Positions 28,780 to 38,886 of a stretch of DNA of 64,000 bases are shown piece after piece (position 1 is the first letter of the stretch; each line of letters begins with the position of its first letter). The translations under genes and the position numbers were made by a program. Source of the stretch: Ostreococcus lucimarinus. Its lineage: Eukaryota. The stretch is from assembly GCA_000092065.1 (NCBI GenBank), contig CP000587.1; one strand, written 5' to 3'. The notes under the pieces are model-generated. The model saw only the letters and a list, made by a program, of their open reading frames with translations, was not told where the DNA came from and searched no databases.

Positions 28780-28900
28780 CGCGGACGTCGTCGTCGTCGT
28801 CGTCGTCGTCGTCGCGAGGCGCGTCGCGGCAGTGGAAGACGCGAGCGCGACGCGAGCGCGACGCGAGCGCGACGCGAACCGACGCGAACCGACGACGGTC
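28780..28900. repeat. GC-rich simple repeats, (GTC)n and a 13-bp gcgagcgcgacgc x3 tandem, in the CUL1 / ITPase-like divergent intergenic region
   Basis: Direct reading: gacgtcgtcgtcgtcgtcgtcgtcgtcgtcgc; gcgagcgcgacgcgagcgcgacgcgagcgcgacgc; gacgcgaaccgac x2. Confidence 0.7.
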
Positions 28901-29064
28901 CGCGCCGCCGCGATCGAACGGCGCGGCGCGACCGAGGCGCGCGCGCGGCGGTTTGCGTTTGATTTGGAATCTCGTCGTTCGTTCGCATCGACGCGCGAGT
29001 TTCGTCGGGTTGAGGGCGCGAACGCGGACGACGCGCGAGCGAGGGACGTTGGATGAACGGAGGA

Positions 29065-31551
29065 ATGAGCGATCGACGCGTGATCGCGCTTGAAGATGGT
29101 TGGGGGAACATGGAGGTGCGTCGACGGACGATTTGGAATCAAACGCTCGAGGACGCCGAGAGCTCGCGAGGCGCGGGAGAAACGAGACGTACTGACGAGA
29201 TCGTGACGTTTGACGACGCGCAGGATGGTATCATGAAACTTAGACGCATTCTAGATCAGGAGGATGCGGAATCGTTCACGTCGGAAGAGTACATGAATCT
29301 TTACACGTGCGTAGGACGACGCGTTGACCGCTCGCGGGGCGGTTGGGGGCGCGCGCTCGCGCGCTCGCGCTCAAAGACCCCCCGAAACAAGTGGCGCGGT
29401 GATCGCATGGACTGACGCAATCCAACAACATTTACACGTTCTTGCAGGACGATTTACAACATGTGCACGCAGAAGGCGCCGTACGATTTTTCCGAAGAGT
29501 TGTACAAGCGCTACGAGGCCGCGTTTAACCAATACATCAACTCAAAGGTTTTACCGGCGCTCGTGGAAAAAAAGGGAGAGTACATGCTGAGAAGCTTGAT
29601 GAGTCGATGGGAAAATCACAAGATAATGGTTCGCTGGCTGTCTCGGTTCTTCAACTATCTCGACAGATACTACGTCCAGCGCCATCACTACGCGACACTC
29701 AATCAAGTCGGCGTGGGTTGCTTCCGAAGACTGGTGTACGAAGAAATCAAGCCGAGCATGAAGACGGCGGTGTTGGCCCTCATAGACAAAGAGCGAGAAG
29801 GAGAAAAAAGTGATAGAGGTCTCATCAAGAGCATCACGTCAATCTTCGTCGAGATGGGGTTGGGTACGATGGACGCATACCAAAACGATTTCGAAAACGA
29901 CTTGCTCACGCACACATCATCATTTTACACTCGCAAGGCGACGCAGTGGATCGCTGAAGACTCGTGTCCGGCGTATCTCATCAAAGCGGAAGAGTGTTTG
30001 CATAGCGAACGCGAACGTGTGCAACAATACTTGCATCAGAGCACCGAGTCGAAGTTGATATCAAAGGTTGAGCAGCAGCTCCTCGAGCAGTACGAAACTG
30101 AGCTGCTGGAAAAGGAGAATAGCGGTTGCGCAGCGCTCTTGGTTGACGACAAGAAGGAGGACCTAGCCCGCATGTTCCGTCTCTTTAGCTCGGTACCGAA
30201 AGGATTGGCGCCGATAGCTCAGATTTTCAAAACGCACGTTCAAAAAGAAGGGATGAGCCTGGTGAATTCCGCCGAACAGGCGGCGGCGGCGATGAAAGGG
30301 AACAAGGAAAAGCCGACGACGTCTACGTCGATTGAACAGGTCTTTACTCGAAGTGCGATCGACCTGTACGACAAATATAGTGGTTATGTGAACGATTGCT
30401 TTGGTTCCAACGCACTCTTCAACCGCGCGCTCAAGGAGGCTTTTGAATACTTCTGCAACAAGGGCATCGGTGAAATCTCGACGGCGCAGCTACTCGCAGA
30501 TTTTGCGGATAAGCTGTTGCGAAAGGGTGGGAGCGAAAAGTTGAGCGATGAGAAGATGGAAGAGACGCTGGATAAAGTTGTGAAGCTCTTGGCATACATC
30601 AGCGATAAGGATATGTTTGGGGAGTTTGCTAGCAAAAGGCTTTCTCGACGCCTGTTGCAAGACACGTCTGCGAGTCAGGATTATGAGCGCTCCATCTTGA
30701 GTAAACTCAAGACGTCGTGCGGCGCGCAGTTTACATCGAAGATGGAGGGTATGGTGAATGATGTGCAGTCTGCGCGAGACACTCAAGATGTGTTTGAGAG
30801 ATGGGTAGACGAAGACGCTGCTAATCGCAAGACTTGCATCGATTTCAACGTCACCATCTTGACGCACGGTTTCTGGCCTTCATGGAAGCCCATCCAGGTG
30901 GAGCTGTGTGACGAGTTCGCGCAGTGTGTGGAAACGTTTCAAACTTTCTATGATGCTAAGATGAGCCAAAGAAAGCTCACGTGGGTGCATCAACTCGGAG
31001 CAGTCGTGCTAAACGTCAAGTACGAAGCCAAGACTATAGAAATGCACATGCAAACGCCCCAATGCTCTGTTTTGTTGCTCTTTCGGAATGAAAAAGAGCT
31101 GTCGATGCAAAAGGTCATAGAAAAGACAAAAATGCCAGCTGATGCCGTGAAGCGAGCGCTCTATTCGCTCTCGTGTGCCAAGTATAAGATTCTGAACAAG
31201 TCCCCCGAGGGCAAGACGGTGAATCCCGAAGACGTCTTTTCGTTTAACGAAAAATTCACCGATCGTTCGCGACGCATCAAGATTGCATTGCCACCTCCCG
31301 ATGAGAGAAAAGCTACGATTGAGAACGTCGTACAAGATCGCCGTCATGCCATCGATGCAGCCATCGTGCGAGTGATGAAGACTCGCAAGGCGTTGGCATA
31401 CAACGAGCTCGTCGTCGAAGTCGTGAACCAACTCCAACAGAGCTTCCTCCCGGAAGCAAAGATGATCAAAATGCGAGTCGATGACCTCATCAACAAGGAA
31501 TACATCATGCGCGACGAAGAAAACTCGCAAGTTTTCAAGTACATCGCCTAG
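29065..31551 (+). CDS. CUL1: Cullin-1 (SCF scaffold), 3 exons: 29065..29115, 29224..29306 and 29448..31551
   Basis: Exon 1 MSDRRVIALEDGWGNME|GTGCGT. Exon 2 gcgcag|DGIMKLRRILDQEDAESFTSEEYMNLYT(ac|GTGCGT). Exon 3 ttgcag|g-[14 protein letters not shown]... The spliced N-terminus aligns to Arabidopsis CUL1 ([26 protein letters not shown]...[22 protein letters not shown]). The rest matches along the full length, including the neddylation-region and C-terminal blocks (IVRIMK...; KMRVDDLINKEYIMRDEENSQVFKYIA). Confidence 0.9.
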
Positions 31552-31683
31552 TTAGTTTACTGCAAATGAGAGATACGCGGCGCAACACTTGTTTTCAATC
31601 AAGGACGTTCGTAACAAATTACAACTCGGTCCGCTCTGTCTCCCTCCCCCATACTAATGTGTCTAACAAGTCCTCTCGCACGC

Positions 31684-32682
31684 TCAAAGAGTGACGTGGT
31701 TGGGGCGCTTGTACTTGATGATCGTCTTGGAGGCCTTGCTCGGGTGACGAGTCACCTTGGTCACGACCGGGAAGGACAAGTCGTCTTGAATGAACTGGCG
31801 CGTGTTCTCGCGGCGAACATCCTTGTCGGCAACCTCCGCAATCTTAATGATTTGCAAGCACGAAGCACGCACACGGTGGCGGGAAGCCATTTCCTCGTAG
31901 AGCGCATCCACCGCCGCGTTCATCGTCGTCTCGCGGTACTCCTTATACGAGTTGTGGTAACCCGTGCGGGACTGGTAACGGATCCAGATGCCGAAGTTCT
32001 TCACGGTCGTCGTGTCCGCCTCAAAGATCTATTCGTCATTGTGAACGAATCAACACTCGTCAGTCTCTCATTCCGCGTTTTTCATCGTCGCGACGCGCGT
32101 TTAACACGATTCGCGTCGCTCAAAGTCGCGTTCGCGTCCGCGTCCCGCTCTAGGGCTTTCACCCATCCACAAAGACGCACCTCGTTGCACGCGATGATTT
32201 GGCCGTTCGCCTTCTTCACCTTCTTGAGGCGAGACATGAAGTACCAGAACTTCGATCGCGCCTTGACGTCATCGAGCGCCCACAACTTCATGCGGAACAC
32301 CTCCGGCTCGGGGTGCGCATCGGTCGGCACGTGTCGGCCGACGACTTGGTATTGGTGGTACTGCGTCGAGCAATCATTCGCGCGTTTTCTCGTCAGTCGA
32401 TCGTTCGTCGAGCGCTTCGATCGCGCGCATCGCGAGCATGAAATTATCTTCCCCCGAACGCGCCGCCGCGCGCGCGACGTCCGCGCGCGCGTCCCACCGC
32501 GCGCGCGTCGTCCCATCGTCCCGTCGTCGCCCGTAGGGTTTCGCCGCGATCGCTCCGTCCGACGCTTTCGCGTCTCGCGTCGCGCGCGCCGCGCCGCGCG
32601 CGCCGCGCGTCGCGCGCGCGCGTCATCGTTTTCGCATCTCGCGCTGTCCACCGCGCGCGCCACGCACCCTAATTTTCGCCAT
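31684..32682 (-). CDS. RPL18A: 60S ribosomal protein L18a (eL20), 3 exons: 32668..32682, 32181..32360 and 31684..32028
   Basis: Exon 1 ATGGCGAAAATTAGG|GTGCGT (MAKIR). Exon 2 gacgcag|[14 protein letters not shown]...[16 protein letters not shown]. Exon 3 aatag|[26 protein letters not shown]... Arabidopsis RPL18a is [14 protein letters not shown]...[17 protein letters not shown]. Confidence 0.85.
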
Positions 32683-32857
32683 CGTTCGCGACGCGTCGAG
32701 TAAAGAGGTCGATGGCGCGGCGCGATGGCGCTCTTCACCGCGGGGCGAGCGACACACGGACCCTCCGGGTATCACACACGCCACCAGACACCCCCCGAAA
32801 CGGCCGACGCCGACGCGCGCGCCGCACGCGGCGACGCGCGCCGGCGACGCGCGCGCG

Positions 32858-33805
32858 ATGTCGCACGTCTCGGCGCGCGCGGCGATGCGGTCGTCGTCGA
32901 CGTCGACGGCGACGAGGACGAGGACGAGAACGACGCGCGCGCGCGGAGGGGATCGCGCGGCGCGCGGGGACGGTGGAGGAGGCGCGATTGCGACGGTCGA
33001 GCGCGGTTCGGCGCGCGCGACGACGCTCGGAACGCGCGCGCGACGGCGAGTCCTCGCGCGCGGGACGGCGTCGAGCGGAGACGAGGGACGAGAGCTTCGA
33101 AGACGCGCGGCGGCGGCGGTGGGGCGAGCGGCGGCGGCGAACGCGAGCGCGAGCGCGTCGGCGAACGCGCGGCGACCGAGAGTGGACGATGGAACGCGCG
33201 ATGGAGCGGTCGGGGACACCGCGTTCGAGCGGTCGGGGGGATTACTGTACGTGCGAAATTTCTTTGAACCCGAGACGTTCGAGCGCGTGGCGGCGGAGTG
33301 CGAAAAATTGCGCGCGAGCGTGACGCCGGAAAATAGAGCGTGCGCGCGGCAGAGGCTGGGTGTCATGGTACCGTCGGATAATTTCGTGCACGAAGCCTGC
33401 GTGGCGAGCTCGGTTTCTGATCGCCTGCGATCGTTATTGCTCGGTGAAAATGACGACGCGGGTGCGTTGGTCGCCGGCGACGTACCCGTGGAATTCAGAG
33501 TGTACCCCGTCGGCGGGTCGATGGACTGGCATAAAGACGTCGCGTTGTACACGAAACCGCAGTATGAAATAGTATTCACGGTGACAAACACGAGTGATAG
33601 TACGACGGAGTGGGAAGATGAGAGAACTGGAATGCGTTACGGCGGCTGGACCGAGCCAAACTCGGTCATCATCGTTCGCGCGGATGGCGCTCCGCACAGA
33701 GTGACGGGCGTGACGAGAGGTGAGCGTTCGATCATCAAGTTCGTGCTCACGCAAACGCTGGAGAAGACGGATGATTTCTTTGATAACCTTCTCATCTACA
33801 CGTAG
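32858..33805 (+). CDS. 2OG-Fe(II) oxygenase superfamily protein with S/T/R-rich (possibly organelle-targeting) N-terminus
   Basis: HxD...H facial triad candidates (DWHKD; APHRVTG) plus a downstream RSIIKFV basic residue in the C-terminal ~200 aa. The N-terminal half is low-complexity and the start is uncertain. Confidence 0.5.
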   Translation: MSHVSARAAMRSSSTSTATRTRTRTTRARGGDRAARGDGGGGAIATVERGSARATTLGTRARRRVLARGTASSGDEGRELRRRAAAAVGRAAAANASASASANARRPRVDDGTRDGAVGDTAFERSGGLLYVRNFFEPETFERVAAECEKLRASVTPENRACARQRLGVMVPSDNFVHEACVASSVSDRLRSLLLGENDDAGALVAGDVPVEFRVYPVGGSMDWHKDVALYTKPQYEIVFTVTNTSDSTTEWEDERTGMRYGGWTEPNSVIIVRADGAPHRVTGVTRGERSIIKFVLTQTLEKTDDFFDNLLIYT

Positions 33806-33842
33806 TCAGTTAGTGGCTAAACAAGTTGTTGTATAATACAGT

Positions 33843-35408
33843 TTAGCGAGGCATCCGAAATGCCAAGTATCGCCGAACCCATCGCTCGTAATCCTCGCGT
33901 ATGATCTCCCAAATCGCGAGAGACAGCTGCTCTTTCTTCGTCGGAGGGTGAATCATCGTCTTCACTACTGTGTTTCGCAGGGCGATGTTCGATTTTTTGT
34001 TCACGCCAGCGGAGTGACGCCAAATCGCCGACTTTGTTCGATCTGCGACGTCGATGGAGTCACCAAATCCGAATCGCTCGCCAGCTTCAACGATTCTAAG
34101 CCTGACCGCGGGTGCTTGCAAGACGTGTTCTACGCAACTCGACACGTGGAAGTCTACGGCGGCGATCGGTATGTCGTCGCGGCGCATGAAACCACCCCAC
34201 GTCTTGGCTGCATCCGTTGCTTCTCGCGCGGCGTCGAATGCGAGTTCGAGATACGAAAGCCACGGCGACTTATCGTCAATGATTTCCGGATTGCGCAGCT
34301 CGTCGTACTCGAGCGGTACATCATTACTTTTTGCCGTCTGCTTGAACCGATTGAACCATACGTGCGAAAAACCGTGTAACATGGCGACGTCTCCGGGCAT
34401 TCCGCCAAAGTGCGCACGAATCATCAAAGCCTGAACGACGGTGGCCTCGGCCGCCGGCAACGCGGCCTCGACGTCATTGAGCGCGAGCATGCCACTGGCT
34501 GAATCGCCAGCGACGCCGTACGAAACGCTATCTTTGATGCGGATAGCCGCCATTTCGCCAGCTATACGAGCCACCGCGGCGCGCAACGCGTCCGTCGGCT
34601 CGAATCCTTTGCTCGTCGCGCACATGAGCCACGTCAACAGTACGACATCTGGATGCAGGATAGCATCTTCTAATGAAATGATCACGAGTCTACGGACGCA
34701 TTCGATGAGCGCTTGCGGGTCTAAACACATGTGCATGGCTACGCGCGAAGCAGCAGCAGCGCGACCTCGCCTGATATTCTTCTGCAATGCGGATTTGATC
34801 ACGCTCAACTTGAGCTGTTCGCCATCTGCACTCGCTCGACTCGCGCGAACTTCAGCGTACTCTTTCGCGTCCCGTAACGCTTCGCGCAACGCGTTCTCTT
34901 GATCTGGACCATCGTCGCTCGCGACGTCCGTCATCAACTTTAGCGTCGTCGAACACGTCGTACCGCTCGCCAATTTCTCTTTAACCACGACTTGACTCGC
35001 CCACTTCGCCGAAGATTCCGCCTTAATAGATTTCCCCAACGACAACGACACGTCCCAACGTGAACGCGCCGCGTCGTAGGTCAACAAAAATATGCGCTCG
35101 CGCTCGCGCTCGCGCTGCGCCGCCATCATGCTCGCGAAGGCGTTCGTCGCCGGTTTTGGTTTTGTCGCCGGCTGTTTCTCGGCAACCTCAGCATCGCTGT
35201 CGCCATCCTCTCGACGTTCACGTATAATGCACGTCCCGACGTGAGATTCCAAAAGCATCTTGGCAACGTTCTTTGCGCATAAAGGACACCGTTCGAATCG
35301 CGACGATGAATCCGTGGAAGTTCGCGCCTTCTTCGCGCCGTCCGCCGCGCTCGGCGTCTTAACAGCCGGTGCAAAATACGCGGCGATGCTCCCTCGTTTA
35401 TGCGTCAT
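33843..35408 (-). CDS. UBZ4 (Rad18-type C2HC) zinc-finger protein of unknown function
   Basis: N-terminal C-x2-C-x11-H-x3-C (RFERCPLCAKNVAKMLLESHVGTC). ~460 aa downstream are largely helical with no recognisable catalytic motifs. Confidence 0.55.
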   Translation of the reverse strand: MTHKRGSIAAYFAPAVKTPSAADGAKKARTSTDSSSRFERCPLCAKNVAKMLLESHVGTCIIRERREDGDSDAEVAEKQPATKPKPATNAFASMMAAQRERERERIFLLTYDAARSRWDVSLSLGKSIKAESSAKWASQVVVKEKLASGTTCSTTLKLMTDVASDDGPDQENALREALRDAKEYAEVRASRASADGEQLKLSVIKSALQKNIRRGRAAAASRVAMHMCLDPQALIECVRRLVIISLEDAILHPDVVLLTWLMCATSKGFEPTDALRAAVARIAGEMAAIRIKDSVSYGVAGDSASGMLALNDVEAALPAAEATVVQALMIRAHFGGMPGDVAMLHGFSHVWFNRFKQTAKSNDVPLEYDELRNPEIIDDKSPWLSYLELAFDAAREATDAAKTWGGFMRRDDIPIAAVDFHVSSCVEHVLQAPAVRLRIVEAGERFGFGDSIDVADRTKSAIWRHSAGVNKKSNIALRNTVVKTMIHPPTKKEQLSLAIWEIIREDYERWVRRYLAFRMPR

Positions 35409-35715
35409 CGCCCGAGACGCGCGCTCACCGCGAGTTCACAGTGTTCGTCGTCACCTCTCGCACACTCACTCGTATCGCCTCGCTCAATCCTTTCGCGTCG
35501 TGCAACGACTTCGTAATCAAGATTTGAACTCTCGCGATGGCGTCCTTGGGTTCGATTTTCGACGTCGTCGCGGCGTGGCCTCCGATCTTCTTGCGCGATA
35601 TGGGAAAGTCGTTCGCGCGCGTCTCCCTCGAGCGTTTCATCGACGCGCGACGCGCGGACGAGTGAAGTCGGTGCGCGAGGCGCTGAGTTGTTTTGATTTG
35701 CTCGGGCTATCACAG

Positions 35716-36984
35716 CTATCGCGCTACTTCTACAGTTCTACTCTTTTCCTTCTTTTCCTTCTTTTGCTTCTTCTCCTTCTTGTCCTTCTTCTCCTTCTTC
35801 TCCTTCTTCGCCTTTTCGTTTTTCCGACGCGCGTCGTTCTTCGCAACGTCGTCGTCGTCGTCGTCGCCGAAGTCGGTTCGTCTGACGCCCGTCCACTCGC
35901 TCTTCAACACGCCTCTGCCGCCGAGACCTCGCTTCGTGCCCTTGGCGACGTTTGTTTCGTGCGCGGATTTAAATAAAGCCTCTTGATCGTTCTCGGTGAA
36001 TCCCTTGCCGCGCTTAGCGCGATCGGCGCCGTCTTCGTCGTCCGCGGCGCCGTCGTCGTTCAAGTCGCGCTCGCGTTTCGAGCCGACCAAGCCGCCCCAG
36101 GCGAAACCCGCGCGCGTCCACCAATCGCTGAGTTTGGTGCTCAAAGACTTTTCACCCTCGTACGACACGCCCGAAGGTCTCACCGTCGTTTCGACCGCAC
36201 CTTCGCCGTCGGATTTGCGCTTTTTCTTGTCCTTCTTAGACTTTTCCTTTGGCTTTTTCTTCGTCTCCGCGGCGGCGGGCGCCGACGCGCTCCCGCGTTG
36301 AATCCCATACTTGGCCAACTGTTCCGCCTCAAACTTTGCGATGCGTTCGAGCTTACCCACGCGCCCACCGAACGTGGATCCGCGATGATTATCCTCCGCC
36401 AGCTCTCGCATGAGCTGCAAATCGCTCTTCGATCCGCTAAACGCCACGCCGTCGCGTCCCGTCGCCGTCCCCAGTCTCGCCGCGACTTCATCCTCGCTCG
36501 AATCCTCGCTCTCGCTCGAGTCTCCATCGCGTCCCGACGTCGACGTCGACGACGTCGTCTTCCCATCCTCCTCGCCTCCGACGACGCGCGCAATCTTGCT
36601 CGCCGCGTTCGCGTACGTCCCCTCCCACCACTTTTCGTCCCACGCGTACCTCGTCTTCCTCTTCCCCACGCCCGCGTTATCCTCGCGCTTCACCACCTCG
36701 ATCGCCTCCGCGCGTCCGTGTCGTCTTTTCCCCAGTCCATCGCCCCTGTCGCGCGCGCGGGGTCGTTCGCGCGCCGTCAGTCTCCGCTCTTCTCTTCGGG
36801 GTCGGGCGTCCCGCCGCCGGTCGTCGGTCGCGTCGGTCGCCTCGGTCGTCGGTCGCGCGCACTTGGACCATCCCATCGCGCGCAGCACGCGCTCGCCCAT
36901 GCCGCCGTACGACTTCGCCCCCGGCGCGGCGTCGTGCGTCGGCACCTTCATCGCGTCGTCGCCCGCGCGCGTCTCTGCGGGCAA
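35716..36984 (-). CDS. PINX1-like G-patch protein with Lys/Glu-rich C-terminal tail, 2 exons: 36863..36984 and 35716..36745
   Basis: GERVLRAMGWSK (aa|GTGCGC) ... cgacag|g-GDGLGKRRHGRAEAIEVVKREDNAGVGK rebuilds a G-patch (human PINX1 GQRMLEKMGWSKGKGLGAQEQGATDHIKVQVKNNHLGLG). The 117-nt intron is in frame, which is why the ORF track reads through it. The C-terminus is a KKEKKEKKDKK repeat. Confidence 0.65.
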   Translation of the reverse strand: MPAETRAGDDAMKVPTHDAAPGAKSYGGMGERVLRAMGWSKCARPTTEATDATDDRRRDARPRREERRLTARERPRARDRGDGLGKRRHGRAEAIEVVKREDNAGVGKRKTRYAWDEKWWEGTYANAASKIARVVGGEEDGKTTSSTSTSGRDGDSSESEDSSEDEVAARLGTATGRDGVAFSGSKSDLQLMRELAEDNHRGSTFGGRVGKLERIAKFEAEQLAKYGIQRGSASAPAAAETKKKPKEKSKKDKKKRKSDGEGAVETTVRPSGVSYEGEKSLSTKLSDWWTRAGFAWGGLVGSKRERDLNDDGAADDEDGADRAKRGKGFTENDQEALFKSAHETNVAKGTKRGLGGRGVLKSEWTGVRRTDFGDDDDDDVAKNDARRKNEKAKKEKKEKKDKKEKKQKKEKKEKSRTVEVAR

Positions 36985-37094
36985 CCGTACCCTGTACGCG
37001 AGTCGCCGTCGCCGGCAACCCCCCTGCGCCGCACCTCGCAGCGCGCTGCACGCGCGAGCGTCGCGAGCGAAACCCGAGACGCGCGTCGCGAGCG

Positions 37095-37739
37095 ATGTTT
37101 AACGCGATGCCGCGCGCGTCGCTCTCGCCCGCGTCGTCCTTGTTCACCTCGCCTCGCGTCGGCGTCGATTCGGACGTGTCTTTGACGAGTGTTGTGGATA
37201 ACCACCATCGGCGGGCGCGCGTCGTCGGTCGTCGCGCGCGACACGTCGCGCGCGCGTCCGAGGTCGACATCGACGCTGGTAAGTACATGCTCGAGCGCGA
37301 GGACTATCTGTTCGTCGATTGCCGTTCGTGGAAGGAGTACGACCGCTCGCACATCACAAAGCCGCCGGCGAAAACAATCAACGTGCCGCTCGCGCAGGAC
37401 GCGAGCGTGGAGGATTGGGTGAAAGCCGCGCGAGAAAAGACGCGACCTGGTATGAAATTGTTGATCGTCGACGCCGATGGGGCGAGAGTGGCGGAGTTGG
37501 TAAGCGGGCTCGAAGCCGCGGGCTACACGAACGCAGTCCCGGTGGCGGGCGGCTACGCGGCGTGGACCGCCAAGTACACCACGTTCGGGCGTAAAGTGCC
37601 ACCGAAAGGGAAATTCGTGAGTACGGGGAAGGAGGCGTTGAAGAGCGGGTTGGATCTCGATCCCAACGTCGCGAGCGCGTACGAGGAAAACTGGGGTCGA
37701 GCGCCGCCGAAGTACGGCGAGGAGGCCAAGTCGGACTGA
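37095..37739 (+). CDS. Single-domain rhodanese/sulfurtransferase-like protein with a predicted N-terminal transit peptide
   Basis: YLFVDCRSWKEYDRSHI...AVPVAGGYAAW is a rhodanese-fold signature. The N-terminus MFNAMPRASLSPASSLFTSPRVG is Ser-rich. Confidence 0.65.
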   Translation: MFNAMPRASLSPASSLFTSPRVGVDSDVSLTSVVDNHHRRARVVGRRARHVARASEVDIDAGKYMLEREDYLFVDCRSWKEYDRSHITKPPAKTINVPLAQDASVEDWVKAAREKTRPGMKLLIVDADGARVAELVSGLEAAGYTNAVPVAGGYAAWTAKYTTFGRKVPPKGKFVSTGKEALKSGLDLDPNVASAYEENWGRAPPKYGEEAKSD

Positions 37740-37879
37740 GACCACATTCGGCCGATCGCGCGTGTAATTAAAGCATTGATGTCAGAAACGTACATTTCAG
37801 AAATAACCTTCGCCTGCGCTCGGCGTCGTTTCGTGGAGGACGGTTCGCCGCCGTCCGCGTCGCGCGTCGCGCGAGCTCG

Positions 37880-38785
37880 ATGACGACCGCCGCGACGGTG
37901 CGAGTATCGCCAGACTTTGCCTCGCCTCGCGCTATGAGACCGATACCCGGTCCCGCAAACGCCTTCGCGTCGCGTGAAAACATCGCACACGCGCGCGCGA
38001 ACGGTGAAGGCGACGAAGGTGCGCGTGAGGCGACGCCCAACGACGCGACGAGTTCAAATCCCGCGGCGACAGCTGAAGATGTCCTCGACGCCGCGCTCTT
38101 CGCGTCCGCGCCTTGGCGCCGCGCGCTGGACGCCATCGACGTCGAAAACTTCGACCCGAATCGTGCGGAGTGTAAATACAACGTCGCTTGGTTGCGTCGC
38201 GGTGGATGGCGATCGGGAAGGGCGCCGCGCGTGGCGGGCGCGCTTCGCGAGCTCGGCGCTACGTCGAACGGCGACGGCGCGGGAACGCTGTGCGATCCCA
38301 CTGGTGAGATTAGAGTCATCGTGCATCGGGAATTGATGATGAGTGAGCGTGCGCTTGCCTCGGGCTGCGCGGTGGTGCTGCGAGACGTGCCGGTGTTGAG
38401 TGTGGATGCCACGGCGCACGCGCTCGCGGTGACGAGCGAAAACTTAGTGGCGGTGTTTGAGGCAGACGTCGATGCGTACGCTGCGAGCGCAGCGAAGCGA
38501 ACGAGAATCGAGCGCGAAGCGTTGCGAGAGCGGTTAAGAGAAAGCGCGGTGATCGAAGCGGTGAGCGGAGTCGACTGGGAAGACTTTGAAGACGTCGCCG
38601 GAGATTTTTCCGGGTACGGCGGCGACGCGCCACCCTCGGCTGAAATCGACCACAACGCGCGCGATGAAGAGACAGTGCACACGGACGAAATGATGAATGA
38701 TGTGACGACCGCGCCCACGCCCGATGGACCGAGTGACTTCGCGCTGCAGCTTGCGGCGCTCTACGCCGACGACGGGGACGCTTGA
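37880..38785 (+). CDS. Hypothetical protein (acidic C-terminus; possible OB-fold core)
   Basis: Clean 301-aa ORF in an otherwise densely packed interval. There is no confident family assignment from the sequence alone. Confidence 0.4.
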   Translation: MTTAATVRVSPDFASPRAMRPIPGPANAFASRENIAHARANGEGDEGAREATPNDATSSNPAATAEDVLDAALFASAPWRRALDAIDVENFDPNRAECKYNVAWLRRGGWRSGRAPRVAGALRELGATSNGDGAGTLCDPTGEIRVIVHRELMMSERALASGCAVVLRDVPVLSVDATAHALAVTSENLVAVFEADVDAYAASAAKRTRIEREALRERLRESAVIEAVSGVDWEDFEDVAGDFSGYGGDAPPSAEIDHNARDEETVHTDEMMNDVTTAPTPDGPSDFALQLAALYADDGDA

Positions 38786-38886
38786 GTGCTTGACTGCATC
38801 GGCGATCTCTTCATAACCTCGCGCGCGAGAACGACGACGACGAACCAGCGGACTCGTGTTGACGGCGAGATAATCGACAAGCGCTC

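Noticed and set aside
28325-29142. A stack of 90-290-aa ORFs in all six frames (Arg/Ala/Ser-rich translations), with similar stacks at 40182-41568, 45873-47139, 50080-51403 and 52219-53178
   Set aside because: These are a composition artefact of >70% GC, CpG-rich DNA, where stop codons are rare. The translations are low-complexity RRRARR-type strings with no domain signatures, and they overlap confidently identified genes or divergent promoter regions.
32400-32680. GC-rich, ORF-dense interval initially considered a separate gene upstream of RPL18A
   Set aside because: It is intron 1 of RPL18A (between the 15-nt first exon at 32668-32682 and exon 2 at 32360) plus the 5' region of the divergent 2OG-oxygenase gene. 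The ORFs are GC artefacts.
35741-35830. (CTT/CTC)n-like simple sequence
   Set aside because: This is the coding sequence for the KKEKKEKKDKKEKK tail of the PINX1-like protein (minus strand). It is a low-complexity coding region, not an independent repeat element.
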